A stretch of 64,000 nt of DNA from the human T2T-CHM13v2.0 reference genome, Homo sapiens. Shown one piece after another: positions 47,858 to 61,919 of the stretch. The notes beneath the pieces were generated by a model that worked only from the letters and a program-made list of their open reading frames with translations, ran no database searches and was not told the origin of the DNA. The position numbers and the translations under genes are program-made. The stretch lies in the NCBI RefSeq assembly GCF_009914755.1, contig NC_060940.1, one strand, 5' to 3'. Position 1 is the stretch's first letter, and each line of letters opens with the position of its first letter.

Positions 47858-48668
47858 GTAAGTTGGGCAGGGCTCTGAGTGAATTAATTCCCCACTTCAA
47901 GCCTCCTTTCCCTATATTGTATCCCCTCCAGCCACAGTGCCTCCACCAAACACAGCAGGCCTCTGGCTGGGCTGTGCCTTGCCTGCAACACTGTCCCTGC
48001 CTTTACACACACATCTTTGAAGCCCCTGACAACTAATGACCGTGTCTCTAATCTGACATTAGCCTCACCCTCCTGTGTGCTTCTCCCAGATTAGCAACCA
48101 GGACAGTGTCTTTGACTTTCCAGAGGCCCCATTAACTACCACTGCTGTGCCTGCCGATTCCCCAGTAGCCCAATCCATGTGTTTGGAGGCACCCCATTCA
48201 TCACCAGCTCATTGTGACTCCATGAGTCCCCAGCACTCCTCAGACTACAGGCGTGGTCCCTTGCTGTGCCCTCCACCTGGGGTATCCTTCCCTTTGGTCT
48301 CCTCTGGGCTCCAGCCCTCACTTCCTATGGGTTTGCTAAAGGTCAGCTACTAAGGGAGGCCAGTGAAGGGGGCCTCATCAGAAATGGCACCTGCCATGTA
48401 ATGCATATTTATTAATTTATTGCGTGACTGCTGTGGATCAGGTATTGTCCTAGGCTAAGAATTTTGTTTTTAAATTTTTTTAACTTTCATTTTCAAATAA
48501 CTTTAGACTTAGAAGCTGCAAAAACAATATAAAGAGTTTTTATATTTATATTTATAAAGAGTTATAAAGGGCGTGGTGAAAACCACGCCTGGTCAGATGG
48601 TGGTTTTCCTAACTCCATCATTCTTTCTACATTTATTGGCTGGGATTTTACTATAAAGAGTAACATGG

Positions 48669-49003
<335 letters not shown>

Positions 49004-49266
49004 CTATCAATATTGTCTCATGGATTTTTCTTTAATTCAGTGAGCTAAAATCCTTCTCTAGCATTTATTTTGGTGTTCAGATTGCCTCTGATTTAGCCGG
49101 TGGGTACCCTGATTTAGCCAGGCTGATCCCTGTGTCTCTGACACGTCCCCTTCACTATGTGAGCACATCTTACTTGACTTTCTCTATTCCAGTCCTCAAC
49201 TCAGCCATTTTTCCATGGAGCCCTTATACCTTTTAGTAGAGATTGGAATTTTAAAACCAAGATATG

Positions 49267-49618
<352 letters not shown>

Positions 49619-50282
49619 TTAAACCAAGTGATCAGGGTGGCCTCCCTGAGCAGATGGCATCTGAGTGGAGTAGGGAGGTATTGAGCTACGTGGATATTAG
49701 GAGGAAGAGTACACCTGGCAGAGGGAAAGGACTGATATGCTATGAGGTGGAACCAAGCCTGGCTATGTTTGAGGAATAGCAAGGAAAGGGTAGAGTGGCC
49801 GGAGCAGAGGGAGTGAAGGGGAGCGCTCTGGGAGGTGGCACAGGAAAGGCGCTAGTGACCTTGTGGGGTCAGGCCTCTCCATGTGGTATGAGGCATAAAT
49901 TGAGTTCCTCTTTATATTATTCCCTGGCTGTAGATGATGAAAACATAGTTGTAGGAGCTTAGAGCAGGACCTTGTACACAATAGGTTACTGACAGAATAT
50001 TAAACATTGTTACTGTTTTCCCCAGTTCCCAATGAGCAAACAGGTCTAGAGAGTACCCACACACACAACCAGCATCATCCAGTTGAAGTCACTAGGTCCA
50101 GCTGAAATTGCACAATATCAGCTTACCTACCTTAGCCCAGTATCTAGGCAGCACCTGGTAGGAGGTGCTGCCAGGTACATGTTCCAGGTTGCAGGAGGCA
50201 GACATGCAGCTGCACTGGGGTAGGCAGGATTGTCCATAGCCAGCTCTGGCCCATCTGACTCTGTCTCCTCCGAAACCCCCAG

Positions 50283-50483
50283 GTGACCTCCAAATTCGAG
50301 CTCTATACCTGCCTCAGCCCTCTGGTGACCAAGGCAGGTGCAATCTTGGTAGTGACCAAACTCCTGCGCTGGGTGAAGAAAGAGGAGGACCGGCTCTTCA
50401 TTCGTTACCCACCCAAGTACTCCACACCACCAGCCACCTCTACGGACCAAGCTGCCCATAATGGCTTGTTCACTGGACTCTGA
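50283..50483 (+). CDS. MON1B: MON1B exon 6 coding part (VTSKFELY...GLFTGL*)
   Basis: cccag| acceptor at 50282 and stop TGA at 50481-50483. The spliced CDS is 148+327+820+148+201 = 1644 nt = 547 aa plus stop. Confidence 0.96.
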   Translation: MTSKFELYTCLSPLVTKAGAILVVTKLLRWVKKEEDRLFIRYPPKYSTPPATSTDQAAHNGLFTGL

Positions 50484-51459
50484 TAGTTGGAGCTCCCAGA
50501 CCAGGCAGTGCTGGGAGCAACCACCTTTGTTTTTTACCTTCTGTCTACCCTGGAAATGTGTGTGGGGGTGTGTCTGTGGCCAGTCATTGTCTCCCTAAGC
50601 AATGGGGCAAGGTCTGAGGGCCCACCGATGAGAGAGATGGTGGCAGCCGCCAGGCGAGCAGGCTGCTTTCCCTGCCCAGTCATGCACCTCCCCCTCTGGG
50701 GAAATCCTTAGGCCTCCCTCTCCCTTCCCTCTGTCTCATCTCCTCCACTTGGATGATGCTCTAGCCTCTGTCAGGGACTGTCCCCTCCAAACTTGCTTCC
50801 GTGGTCTGCCTCCTAGTTGAATCTCAGCCCTGAGTGTCCAGATCTGGCCAAGGTGTCTAGGGTGGCCCACGGGGGTGCTGGAATTGGCACTTCAGGGCCA
50901 GGCTATGCTTGGGACTGGCCTGAGGGTATTTTAAAGAAAAAAACTACATAAAAGGCCTAAAAGTAAGACCCACAAGGATATTCCTTTGCCCTTCTTGTAC
51001 TTTTTTCATCTTTACCCTGCCAGAAATGACCCGCCCTCAATGCTGGCTGCTGCTAACATTAATGAGAAGGTGGCCTTCAGTGTCCACCTGTGGAACCCAG
51101 GACACAGCACCTGACTGCACACAGTGGCTGAAATCCAGCATTTTTACATAGGAGATGCACTTAGCCTCTAAGCCTCGTTTTACTCATCTGTGAAACAGAG
51201 ATAAGTAACCCTCTCTCATGAACTCTTTGATGAGGATTTGTAAACGAAAACAGACTCGAACTATTGTGTACCACCACATAGCACATGCACGTCTGTCCCA
51301 GACTTTGACAACCTGCACAAGACAAGCAGCCTAAAGCAGGAGAGACCTCCCTAGGGTTTTGTGTGTGTGCACACTACCCTCACTCCCCAACTGGCCATTA
51401 CCCTAGTTCTGCCCTTGTTTGTGGAGTTACAGCCTCAAGGTTGTAGCATGTGTGCTGGC

Positions 51460-51626
51460 AATCAGGGCCGCAGTGTGTTCTGCGCCTGCCCAGAGCTGAC
51501 TCCTGATTTAACCGCTGGCGTAACCGCGGGTTGCACGCATGCGTGCTGAAAAGCCTTTCACCCTCACGTGGTTTCTTTTTTAACCAGTCATCAAGCGAGG
51601 CTCGCGCGCAGGCCCTGCGTTGGAAA
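51460..51626 (+). promoter_or_regulatory. SYCE1L: SYCE1L promoter / 5' leader (small CpG-rich patch)
   Basis: Local CpG cluster. Palindrome GCACGCATGCGTGC at 51533-51546, E-box CACGTG at 51565-51570, and AAAATGGCGG around the start codon. Confidence 0.7.
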
Positions 51627-51687
51627 ATGGCGGGGAAGCTGAAACCTCTGAATGTGGAGGCGCCAGAAGCTGCTGAGGAGGCTGAAG
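51627..51687 (+). CDS. SYCE1L: SYCE1L exon 1 coding part (MAGKLKPLNVEAPEAAEEAE); synaptonemal complex central element protein 1-like
   Basis: ATG in AAAATGG context and donor GAAG|gtagtg (phase 1). Splices in frame to 58615. Confidence 0.88.
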
Positions 51688-51792
51688 GTAGTGAGGGCAA
51701 GTGGGCTGCACTCCTTTCTCTCCAACCAGGGCAGAAAGGAGGGAGGATTCGTCCCATTACAATAATGAAATAATGATATTCTAATTTTTTTA

Positions 51793-51798
51793 AATAAA
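51793..51798 (+). terminator. Candidate proximal polyadenylation signal of MON1B
   Basis: AATAAA with U-rich flanks (upstream T-run; downstream ttttgttattg and ttttttaa). Confidence 0.7.
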
Positions 51799-52222
51799 AT
51801 GTTAAGCCTTTTGTTATTGAAGAAAAACAATTTTTTAACCGTTCAGCACAGTGGAGATAAATTAACAGGCATATTCTTATCACCGAGATTAACTTTTGTC
51901 AACTGTAGTGTATACGTTGTTGAAAGTAAACAACATGTAGTTCAGTACGAAAGTCTTCAAACAAAAGTGGGGCGGTGGGGATGTTCTCATAACAATCACC
52001 GTGCTGCAGCCACCCCTTATTAACAGTAATTCCCAGTGTCGCCATTTCACACCTAACACATATGACACTTTGATGGACTCTTAAACCTCCTAATCGAACA
52101 TGGCCTCCCCCACAGCCTCTTTTCTCCAGGGTATTGACTTGAATGACAGGCAAAGGAGGGTGGAGGGGTGTCGGCCTAGACACTTGGAAATTGTATTCCA
52201 TCCAAAAGAAAAAAAAATCTCA

Positions 52223-53091
<869 letters not shown>

Positions 53092-53943
53092 TCACCTTTC
53101 TGCCCCACTTTTATCTATCTCGAACACCCCTTTCTGCACACTCTTTAAACCACTGTATTAACAAACACATTAGACTGCATCCTGCCAGACCTACCCATAC
53201 AGACATCAAAGTAATGATTATTGCTTATTGCCTGACCTAGGATGTGAGCTCCATGAGAACAGAGACTGTTTACCTCTCGCTCCCCTGCACCTAAAACAAT
53301 GCCTGCTTGGTGTAAAGTAAGTGCTCAGTAATTTTTTAATGTGTGACCAATGAAATAACTTCAAGAGCAGAGAGCTCTTTTAGATTAGAGGCACATACTA
53401 AGTGCCAGCATTCAACAAAAGACAGACGGAAATAAGACAGATGCAAATAGATCTCATTTATTAACTGTGTAATGCAGCTGCCACTGCAATTAAAAAAAAA
53501 ATTTTAGTATCAACCTTTCAAATTCCTCAAAATTAAAGTTATGACTAACTTCACCAGCAAAGGAAAAATTGAAGGATGTATCAAGTTGCCATTTCTAGCC
53601 CATCAAATCGGCTTTATAAAGGGAAGCATAGTATCTGGTATTGACGACCTTGTAGAGAAACAGGCCTTTTCCTGCCTCAGGGAAGAGAGCTGACTCAAAG
53701 TAAAGGCTTTGCTAGAGGCAGTCGGCAGAGTATTTTTAGCATCTAAAATGCTCTTCCACTTCGGCAGTGACCATGCGATGTAATCAAAGGAGAATACGTA
53801 AGTGTATGGACCAGGAATGGTCACTGGAGTGTTGATGTAGGCACAACACAAGAAGTAGTCACAGAAATTGCTAAGTCTAGGTTTATGTGTGCATGCTGTG
53901 GAGTGTCTCTGTGGTGGATTTCTTTTTAAGAGGCAGAAAAAAA

Positions 53944-54007
53944 TTCTAATTTAAATGTATTAAATTATAAGTTCTAATTTAAATGTATTAAAATTAAATT
54001 ATAAGTT
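53944..54007. repeat. AT-rich ~28-34 bp tandem duplication
   Basis: ttctaatttaaatgtattaaa..ttataag occurs twice. Confidence 0.85.
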
Positions 54008-54552
54008 GATAGGATTATTATTGACACACAAGGAGCTCCAAAAGAGATCGTATTTTTATTAGAGACAAGCCAGTTGGGATTGAAACAAAAATGGAGGGGG
54101 GTATAGCCCTGTGTATGTTGCACAGAAAAAGTATCTGAATGATAAAGGCCTAAGTGATAACTCTGGACAAGGGATTTGGATTTTGGGAGTAGTGCAGAGG
54201 TAGAGGCATTTTTGTGATTTATTGTTCTATTTTTTCTTCTAGAAAAATGTAAGTAGTCATATATAATTTTAAAATATAAAGGAGAAGAGGCAAAATGTTG
54301 AATGGCACCTGAGGATCCTATATTCATATTGGATCAGTATTAACATCCAGGTTTTGATTGTTGTACTATGGTTACCTGGTAGATTCCCTTTGTATATAGG
54401 AAATAGACACTGGAATAGTAAGGAGTAGTGGGTCAAGATGTCTGCAACTTATTGTTCAGAATCACTCACAAATGGGAAATCTGATATAAGGACAAAATGG
54501 GAGCACTGTGGCCTATTTTTACAACTTTTGTGTACATCTGCAATTGTTTCAA

Positions 54553-54558
54553 AATAAA
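54553..54558 (+). terminator. Candidate distal polyadenylation signal (MON1B long 3' UTR), inside an old L1M-like 3' end
   Basis: AATAAA followed by GU/U-rich sequence (ttttcttttgt, tttgtgtgtgtgtgt). Confidence 0.5.
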
Positions 54559-55697
54559 ATGTTTAAAAGGGTGCTCTTACTGTGCTGGCCATTTTCTTTT
54601 GTAATGGACTTTGTGTGTGTGTGTCAAAATGTTAGTTGGATTATTTAAAAGATTTATTTATTACCCACTCTTGGCCTTATTTCATGACTAGCACTAGAAA
54701 GCAGAGAGAGGAAAAACACAGATGGAGCTTCTGCAGAAATGGTTGCAAATGCCAGCCATAAAAAAGATGTGGAGACAATTGGGAAATTAATGTATAGCCT
54801 GGGTATTAGGAGATGTTACCTGATGAGTATTAATCTTGTCAGTTGTGATTATAGGATTGGGGTCAGCTAAGAAAATGTCCTTAAGTAGTTGAGACTCCTA
54901 ATGAAGTTTCTGGGAATAAAATGTCAAGAAGCCGGGGGCTTGCTTAAAAATAATTCAACCCAGGAAAAACATAGCTGAAATAAATAGGGTGAATATTAAT
55001 GATTGTCAGATCTAGGCAATGAGCATATCAGAGTTAATCATAATATCCTCTCTACTCTCATGTGCATTTGAAAATTCTCATAATAAGGTATTAAAAATAA
55101 AATAATCACAAACACCTCCCCTTGTTATTAAAGTAGCTTTACTTTTTTGTCTTATTTCCAAAATATTAAGAATATTTTTAAAATTAAAAAAATCTCAGGC
55201 AGGGACATGCCAACTTGTTCAAAGTGATTGTATCAGGGGAAGCAGTGAGATTTAGGATTAAGGAGAGAAGAGAAAATTTCATTTTTTACATCACGTATTT
55301 CTTTGTTTGAATTTTCTTAGAATTTTACTCGAATAAGAAAGTAAAAATTAAAGCAATACGTGAAATGTATTTTACTAAAAGACCAAGTGTTGTCACCGAA
55401 CTGCTGGCAGTGGTTACTTCTGGGAAAAGGAGTGACTTGGAGAAGGGGCTGCTGGTGAGGGGAGACTTTTCCTTTTTATTTTATTCTTCCACATTTGTTT
55501 ATCATGTAAGTTATTCTACATGTGTTTATTATGTAATTTAAAAATTAAAATGCAAATTAAAATAATACATACTAATTTATAAAGGATTTCAGGCCAAAAA
55601 AAAAAGATATAAAGAAGGTGAACATACCACCAAATATTTCAAAAAAAAATCTAATAAGCTCAGGTTAAAAAACCCTGATTTACAACATGGATTTTAA

Positions 55698-56090
<393 letters not shown>

Positions 56091-56450
56091 TAAGCAGTGA
56101 AACAACATCTCGCCCACCATTATTAATTATGTCCTTAAGACACATTCCTAGGAGTGGAATTTCTGATCAAGAGGAAATGAATAAGGTTTTGGTACTTATT
56201 CATCAGAAAGTTTGAAATGAAACAGTTTTTGCCTGTCCAGTTGGCAAAAAAAAAAAGAAAAAGATTAAAAACATACTTGCCTGGTAAGAGTATGATTTTG
56301 GGGCCTGAGACAGGTGAAAGACAATTTCCTATCAGCCAAATTCCATAATATACATTCCCTTTGGTCCACCAGGTAGCGTCTAGGTAGTACTCTATGTGTA
56401 CCCAGTAGATACAGTCTAATGCAAGCACAAAGAATAATGTACAAGGATGG

Positions 56451-56712
56451 TGTACTAGGTTAAATTGTGTCCCTCCAAAATTCATGTCCACCAGAACTTC
56501 AGAAATGTGACTTATTTGGAAGTAGGGTCTTTGCAGTTATGATTAGTTAAGATGAGGTCACACTGGATTAGGGAGGGCCATAATTCAATGGCTGGTGTCC
56601 TTATAAGTAGAGGGAAATATAGACACATAAAGATATGAGAGTGGCAGGTGAAGACACAGACAGGGAAGACCCAGTTTGTGGTACTTTGTTATGGCAGCCT
56701 GACAACACAAAT
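56451..56712 (+). mobile_element. MLT1 (MLT1A/B-like) LTR, internally deleted
   Basis: aattgtgtccctccaaaattcatgt..tagggtctttgcag..gtttgtggtactttgttatggcagcc. Confidence 0.78.
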
Positions 56713-56936
56713 GTAGATGATCATTGTGGCATGCCTTGTAACAGCAAAATAAGGTAAACAGCTTAAATATCATCAATAGGATATTGCTTTGAAATTACGG
56801 TATATCCACACAGTGGAATGCCATGCAGCCACTAAAAAGAATAAAAAGATCACTGGTGTACATTGTCAAATGAAAAATACAAGATGGGGTGCATCATGTA
56901 CAACATGCTACCACTTACATAGAAAATGTGGGATGT

Positions 56937-57380
<444 letters not shown>

Positions 57381-58614
57381 CTATTGTGGGTAAGCATTTC
57401 TTCATTAACTTTTTGGCTATCATGTTTTGTGAGCCGCCTTTCGTCTTCTCTTCAGTTTTCCTTAGAGAGGCGTAGGTCACTGAGATTTGACTTTTACCAC
57501 TGATTTCAAGACTTAAGGAATTTTTTTATGTTAATATTTTCCTGTGGTTTTTCTTCTTTGAATTTTAGAAGTAACACAGGCTCATGTTAAAATATACATA
57601 GAAGTAAATATATATATATATATGTATACATACATATATACATAGAAGTATATATGGTGAAAAGTGTGGTGAATCAGGGTTCAAATATTTAGTTGATTGA
57701 TATATGCCTCAAGTCTTTTTTAATCTGTAGGATTTTCTCTCTCCCTCATTTTCTTCTTTACAACTTATTTGTGGAAGAAACCAGGTTTTCTTGTGCAGTT
57801 TCCCACAGTCCACGTGATGTTGAGCACATCCCCAGTGGTGTCATTTAATGTGTTTTCCTGCCCTTTGTATTTCCTCTGAATTCATATTTAGATGTGGAGA
57901 CCTGATGAGATTCCATCCCGCTTTTTTGTTTTTGGTGGGGGTTTTTGAGGCAAAAATCCTTCATCAGCCGTGTTGTGTTCCTTCATCTAGAGGCTCATAG
58001 GGAGCACTCCCCAAGGCAGCTTGTAAGTGCATCCTGAGCTGCAGTCCTCAAACTTAGCTGAAACAAACTCTCTATATTAAAAATAAAAATAAAAATCCTT
58101 TGAGCTGGAGCTGCAGGGTATAAAAAGAAAAAGAGAGAGGCTCATAATATCCAGTTGTCTTTTTTTGATGTTAGTAGCCATTAGTAACTATTACCTAGAT
58201 CTATCAGTTCATTAAGAATTTATAAATTATGAGCTATTATTATTTCAAAGAAATTCATATGAAATCTTCCTGCCCTATTGTTCTGGTTAGAACTTCATAA
58301 TGATCTTGAACAGCAGCATCAGCAAACATGCATTCTCTTCTCTCACCCCTGAGTTTCATTAAGGGGATGTTTGTGGTGGTGTTTTTTAACCCCTCAGGGA
58401 GAAGCTGACCCTTAGGGGTCCTGATTTATCTAGCACACACTATAAACCTCAAGGGCAAGAGACGGGGGCCCTGCTTCAGATGGAAACCTGTCTGTCATTC
58501 CATCCTTAGCCCCAGCCCACGGGTGTCTGCAGAGCCCACTGGGACTTCCTGCCTCCCTTCTCTCTCCCCTCTCACTCTCGCTGTGTCCTGTAATTTTGAT
58601 TTTCCTTTCTACAG

Positions 58615-58674
58615 GGCAAGCCAAGTCTTTGAAGACTGAAGACTTGCTGGCAATGGTGATAAAGCTGCAGAAAG
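58615..58674 (+). CDS. SYCE1L: SYCE1L exon 2 (GQAKSLKTEDLLAMVIKLQK)
   Basis: Polypyrimidine tract with tacag| acceptor and AAG|gtcatg donor. 60 nt, phase 1-1. Confidence 0.92.
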
Positions 58675-60383
58675 GTCATGTGTCTCTTTGTTTCTGAGCC
58701 TCAGCCTGGGGTTTCAAGTCAGAAAGACATGGTACAAATTCAGCCCCCTGAACTCACAACCTCAGGAAATTATCCCATTGCACTTTCTCCCTCTTATACA
58801 GTTTAATTCTTTGAACCAAGAATACAGTCCCACAGTTCAAAATTCAAGAAGTTTAAAGGAATGGAAAAACCAGTTCCCCCGCCATCCCTACTCCCTCCCC
58901 CCACACACCAGTCATCTATTTCCCTGACTCATGGGCAAGCAGCTATTGTTTTTCAATTCTTAAGTATCTTTCCAGAGATTTTTAAAAAATGCATTCATGG
59001 ATGTATATTTTTTGTCCTCCCTTTTTACACACAAATGGAAATGCAGTTGGTTTTGCACCTTGCTTTGCTTTTTGCGGGAAACCTGGGAGCCAGTGTGCAC
59101 CCAGTATCTACATCAGAGCTGAGGCAGTGCTGGCCAGAGGTGAGACCCCCAGCCCATTCTCATCTTAAAATACTATCACGTCAGTCTATTCCAAACAAAA
59201 GCAGCAGCCTCCCCGCTCCCATTCTGTGGCTGCCTGCAGAAGAAGTGCACTGGGACTGCTGCCTACGGTAAAATTAGGGAGAGAAATTGCAGGGCTAGAA
59301 ATGCAGTGATCCAACCTGATCATTTCCAGTAAAACAAAGACCCCCAGAGATTTCTGTCAGTCATAATCAGCACCGTGGAGAGCACCCACTCTCCTGGAAA
59401 TCACAGAAGCTGGAGTTGGTGACCTTGGAAAAATCCATGGTCTGAGTTTATTAACCCCAGAGTGTCTGAGGGGTCAGCAGTGAGATCTGGCAAGGGTTGG
59501 ACAGCTTTTTGCCCCAGTTCCGTGTTGGCAACCTTGAAGCCAGAGAGGGATGAGAAGGAAGTCTTCTGCGTACAGAGCACTGAAACAGGGGCTATGAGAA
59601 GTTAGAGGTGATTCCCTAAAGGGATAGTGATCACCCTGTCACTGGGAAACTTGCAAGCTGCCACCAACAGTGTAAAAGCAGGGATTCCCCATTTCTCAGA
59701 TGAGGCCAGTACCAGAGCCCAGACTGACAGAGTGACAACCCTTCCTGCCTGGATTTTGACAGGGCGGGGCAGATGGGACGTCTCCATTGGCTCACACCAC
59801 ACTCAGAGTTACATCTAAAGGCTTCCACGGTGGCCCAAGAGGCCCTAGTGATATCACTTCCCACTTCCCCCACCTTACTTTCTGCTGCTCTCCACTTGCT
59901 CACTAGACCTGAGCCACACCAGCCCCTCACTGTTACTTTGGACACGTGCCTCACCCGCTCCTGCCACACTACAGGGAATTTGCACTTGTTCCCTCTGCCT
60001 TGTTGCACTCTGCCTGGAATGGGTCCCCCCTCCATACTCTTTACCCCCACAGAACTGCAGGACCTGCTTCCTTCTTCTCATCTGGGGCCTTTGCATATCC
60101 CCAGACATGCCTTTTACCCTTTTGCTCTTCAACACTTTGCCTCACTTTATTTCTCTTCACAGCAGTTACTGCCACCTGAATTGATTTATTTATCTTTGCT
60201 CAATGTCCATCTTGCCAACCCAGAATGCAAGCCCTTCAAGGGGCTCTGGCAGAGCTCAACACACAGCAGGCGCTCAATATATGCCGGTTAATTGATAGCA
60301 GCAGACACAGTGCTTCTCCGTCTGCCTTGGACAGCCAGACACCAGTCTTCTCTGGCTCAGTCTTTCTTCCTTTCTTTCTTCAG

Positions 60384-60443
60384 AGGGAAGCCTGGAGCCA
60401 CAGATAGAGGACCTGATTAGCCGGATTAATGATCTTCAGCAAG
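60384..60443 (+). CDS. SYCE1L: SYCE1L exon 3 (EGSLEPQIEDLISRINDLQQ)
   Basis: ttcag| acceptor and AAG|gtaaac donor, 60 nt. SYCE1-family GSLEPxIExLIxRINxxQQ motif. Confidence 0.93.
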
Positions 60444-60638
60444 GTAAACTTGGGGACTTAGACTGGCCAGCTGGGGCGAGCAGGAAGTGACTGGATTTAT
60501 AATGAATCCACCTCCTCATCTATAAAATCTAGGCCCCTCTAGGGTTGTTTGAAGATGACTATGCAATGTCATATTTGCGAGAGAACAGCAAGGCTAGAGA
60601 CTACACTCATACAGTGTCTTTTTCCCTTCTTGGCCCAG

Positions 60639-60713
60639 CAAAGAAGAAATCCAGTGAGGAACTGAGAGAGACCCACAGTCTCTGGGAGGCCCTGCATAGG
60701 GAATTAGACTCCT
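60639..60713 (+). CDS. SYCE1L: SYCE1L exon 4 (AKKKSSEELRETHSLWEALHRELDS)
   Basis: cccag| acceptor and CCT|gtaagt donor, 75 nt. Coiled-coil-like sequence. Confidence 0.93.
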
Positions 60714-61270
60714 GTAAGTGGGGCCAAAAGAGGGACCCATCAACACTGCAGATGTTCCTGTGCATACCTCAGGGCCTTTGCACAGGCTGCTCCCTGGCCT
60801 ACAATGCTCTTAGCTCACATAATCTGTATTGCCTTTCACTGTCTCATGTCATCTTTCAGCTCTCAGCTCAAATTTCACCCTGATAGGCCTATCTTGATGG
60901 TCTCATCTAAGAATAGAATCCCGCCCTCTCTTGGTCATTCTCACGCCCCTGGCTGATTTGTTTCTTAAGAGCCTTTATGTCCACCTGACACTGTGTGTGT
61001 ATTTCTTTATAGCCATCTTTCTCCTCAGTGTAAACCTTGTACATTCTTCAGGGTCTTCACTCCTTCAACATTTACAAAGAATGTGGGCATAGAGGGGGAG
61101 AAGCTGGATCAGGATGGTCCTTCTGGGAGATGGTTGCAAGGGTGGCAAGAAGATACCTCACCTCTCCTAGGGCTGTACTACACCTTCTGTGTGGCTTTCC
61201 CCTTATATGAAGTTGCACTGGGGATGGCAATGGGGTGCCTGGAGGCAGAAAGTGTCATTGTGTTTTCCAG

Positions 61271-61318
61271 TGAATGGAGAGAAAGTGCACCTAGAGGAGG
61301 TCTTGGGCAAAAAGCAAG
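61271..61318 (+). CDS. SYCE1L: SYCE1L exon 5 (LNGEKVHLEEVLGKKQ)
   Basis: ttccag| acceptor and AAG|gtattt donor, 48 nt. Confidence 0.92.
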
Positions 61319-61590
61319 GTATTTACCAGTTGCTGTGTCTTCCTTATTCTACTCTTCCACCCCACAAAAGTCTATGCTCCTCAGAGCAGCCAGAGGAATC
61401 CCACTGAAACCTAAGGCAGGGTGCTTCCCTCTCTGCACAGATCTCTTCCTGGATTGCTACATCACTTGGAGTAAACACCCAAGTCCTCACAGTGCCCTCC
61501 AATGCCTGACATGATGTGGGGCCTATTACCTCTGGCCAACCCTGACTCCCCAAGAGCTCTCAAAGGGTCCCCTTGGTTCCTTCCCCACAG

Positions 61591-61645
61591 AGGCACTGAG
61601 GATCCTCCAGATGCACTGCCAAGAGAAGGAAAGCGAGGCTCAGAG
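61591..61645 (+). CDS. SYCE1L: SYCE1L exon 6 (EALRILQMHCQEKESEAQR)
   Basis: cacag| acceptor and GAG|gtaaga donor, 55 nt (phase 1 to 2). Confidence 0.92.
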
Positions 61646-61919
61646 GTAAGAGGCCCTGCCTCAGCTCTTCCCTACCTCATTCCCCAGCTGAAAAAGGAGG
61701 GAGCAAGAGCTGTGGAAATGAATCTTGGACACAGAAGCCTCATTTTACCTTTCTATAAAATAGAGCAGCCTGACAAAAGATTTCCTTGGTTATCTCTGAT
61801 ATTAAATGGTCGTGTTAAGATTAATTTACTCATTTAATTATTCGTTACTAATTTCTTTATCAAATATATTCCCTCCATTGGTCTTAGCCTCAGTCTTTTT
61901 CTGTTGGCTATCCAGCTCC

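Larger units (their letters stand above)
50484..51817 (+). other. MON1B: MON1B 3' UTR (proximal form), overlapping the SYCE1L promoter and exon 1
   Basis: No AATAAA seen between the stop codon and 51793. The end is inferred as ~20 nt after that hexamer. Confidence 0.7.

Noticed and set aside
53603-53851. 82-aa minus-strand ORF as a possible retrocopy
   Set aside because: No protein similarity that I recognise, and no poly(A) tail or TSD.
56365-56380. CTCF-like CCACCAGGTAGCG
   Set aside because: Mismatch at a normally conserved G of the core; too weak without binding data.
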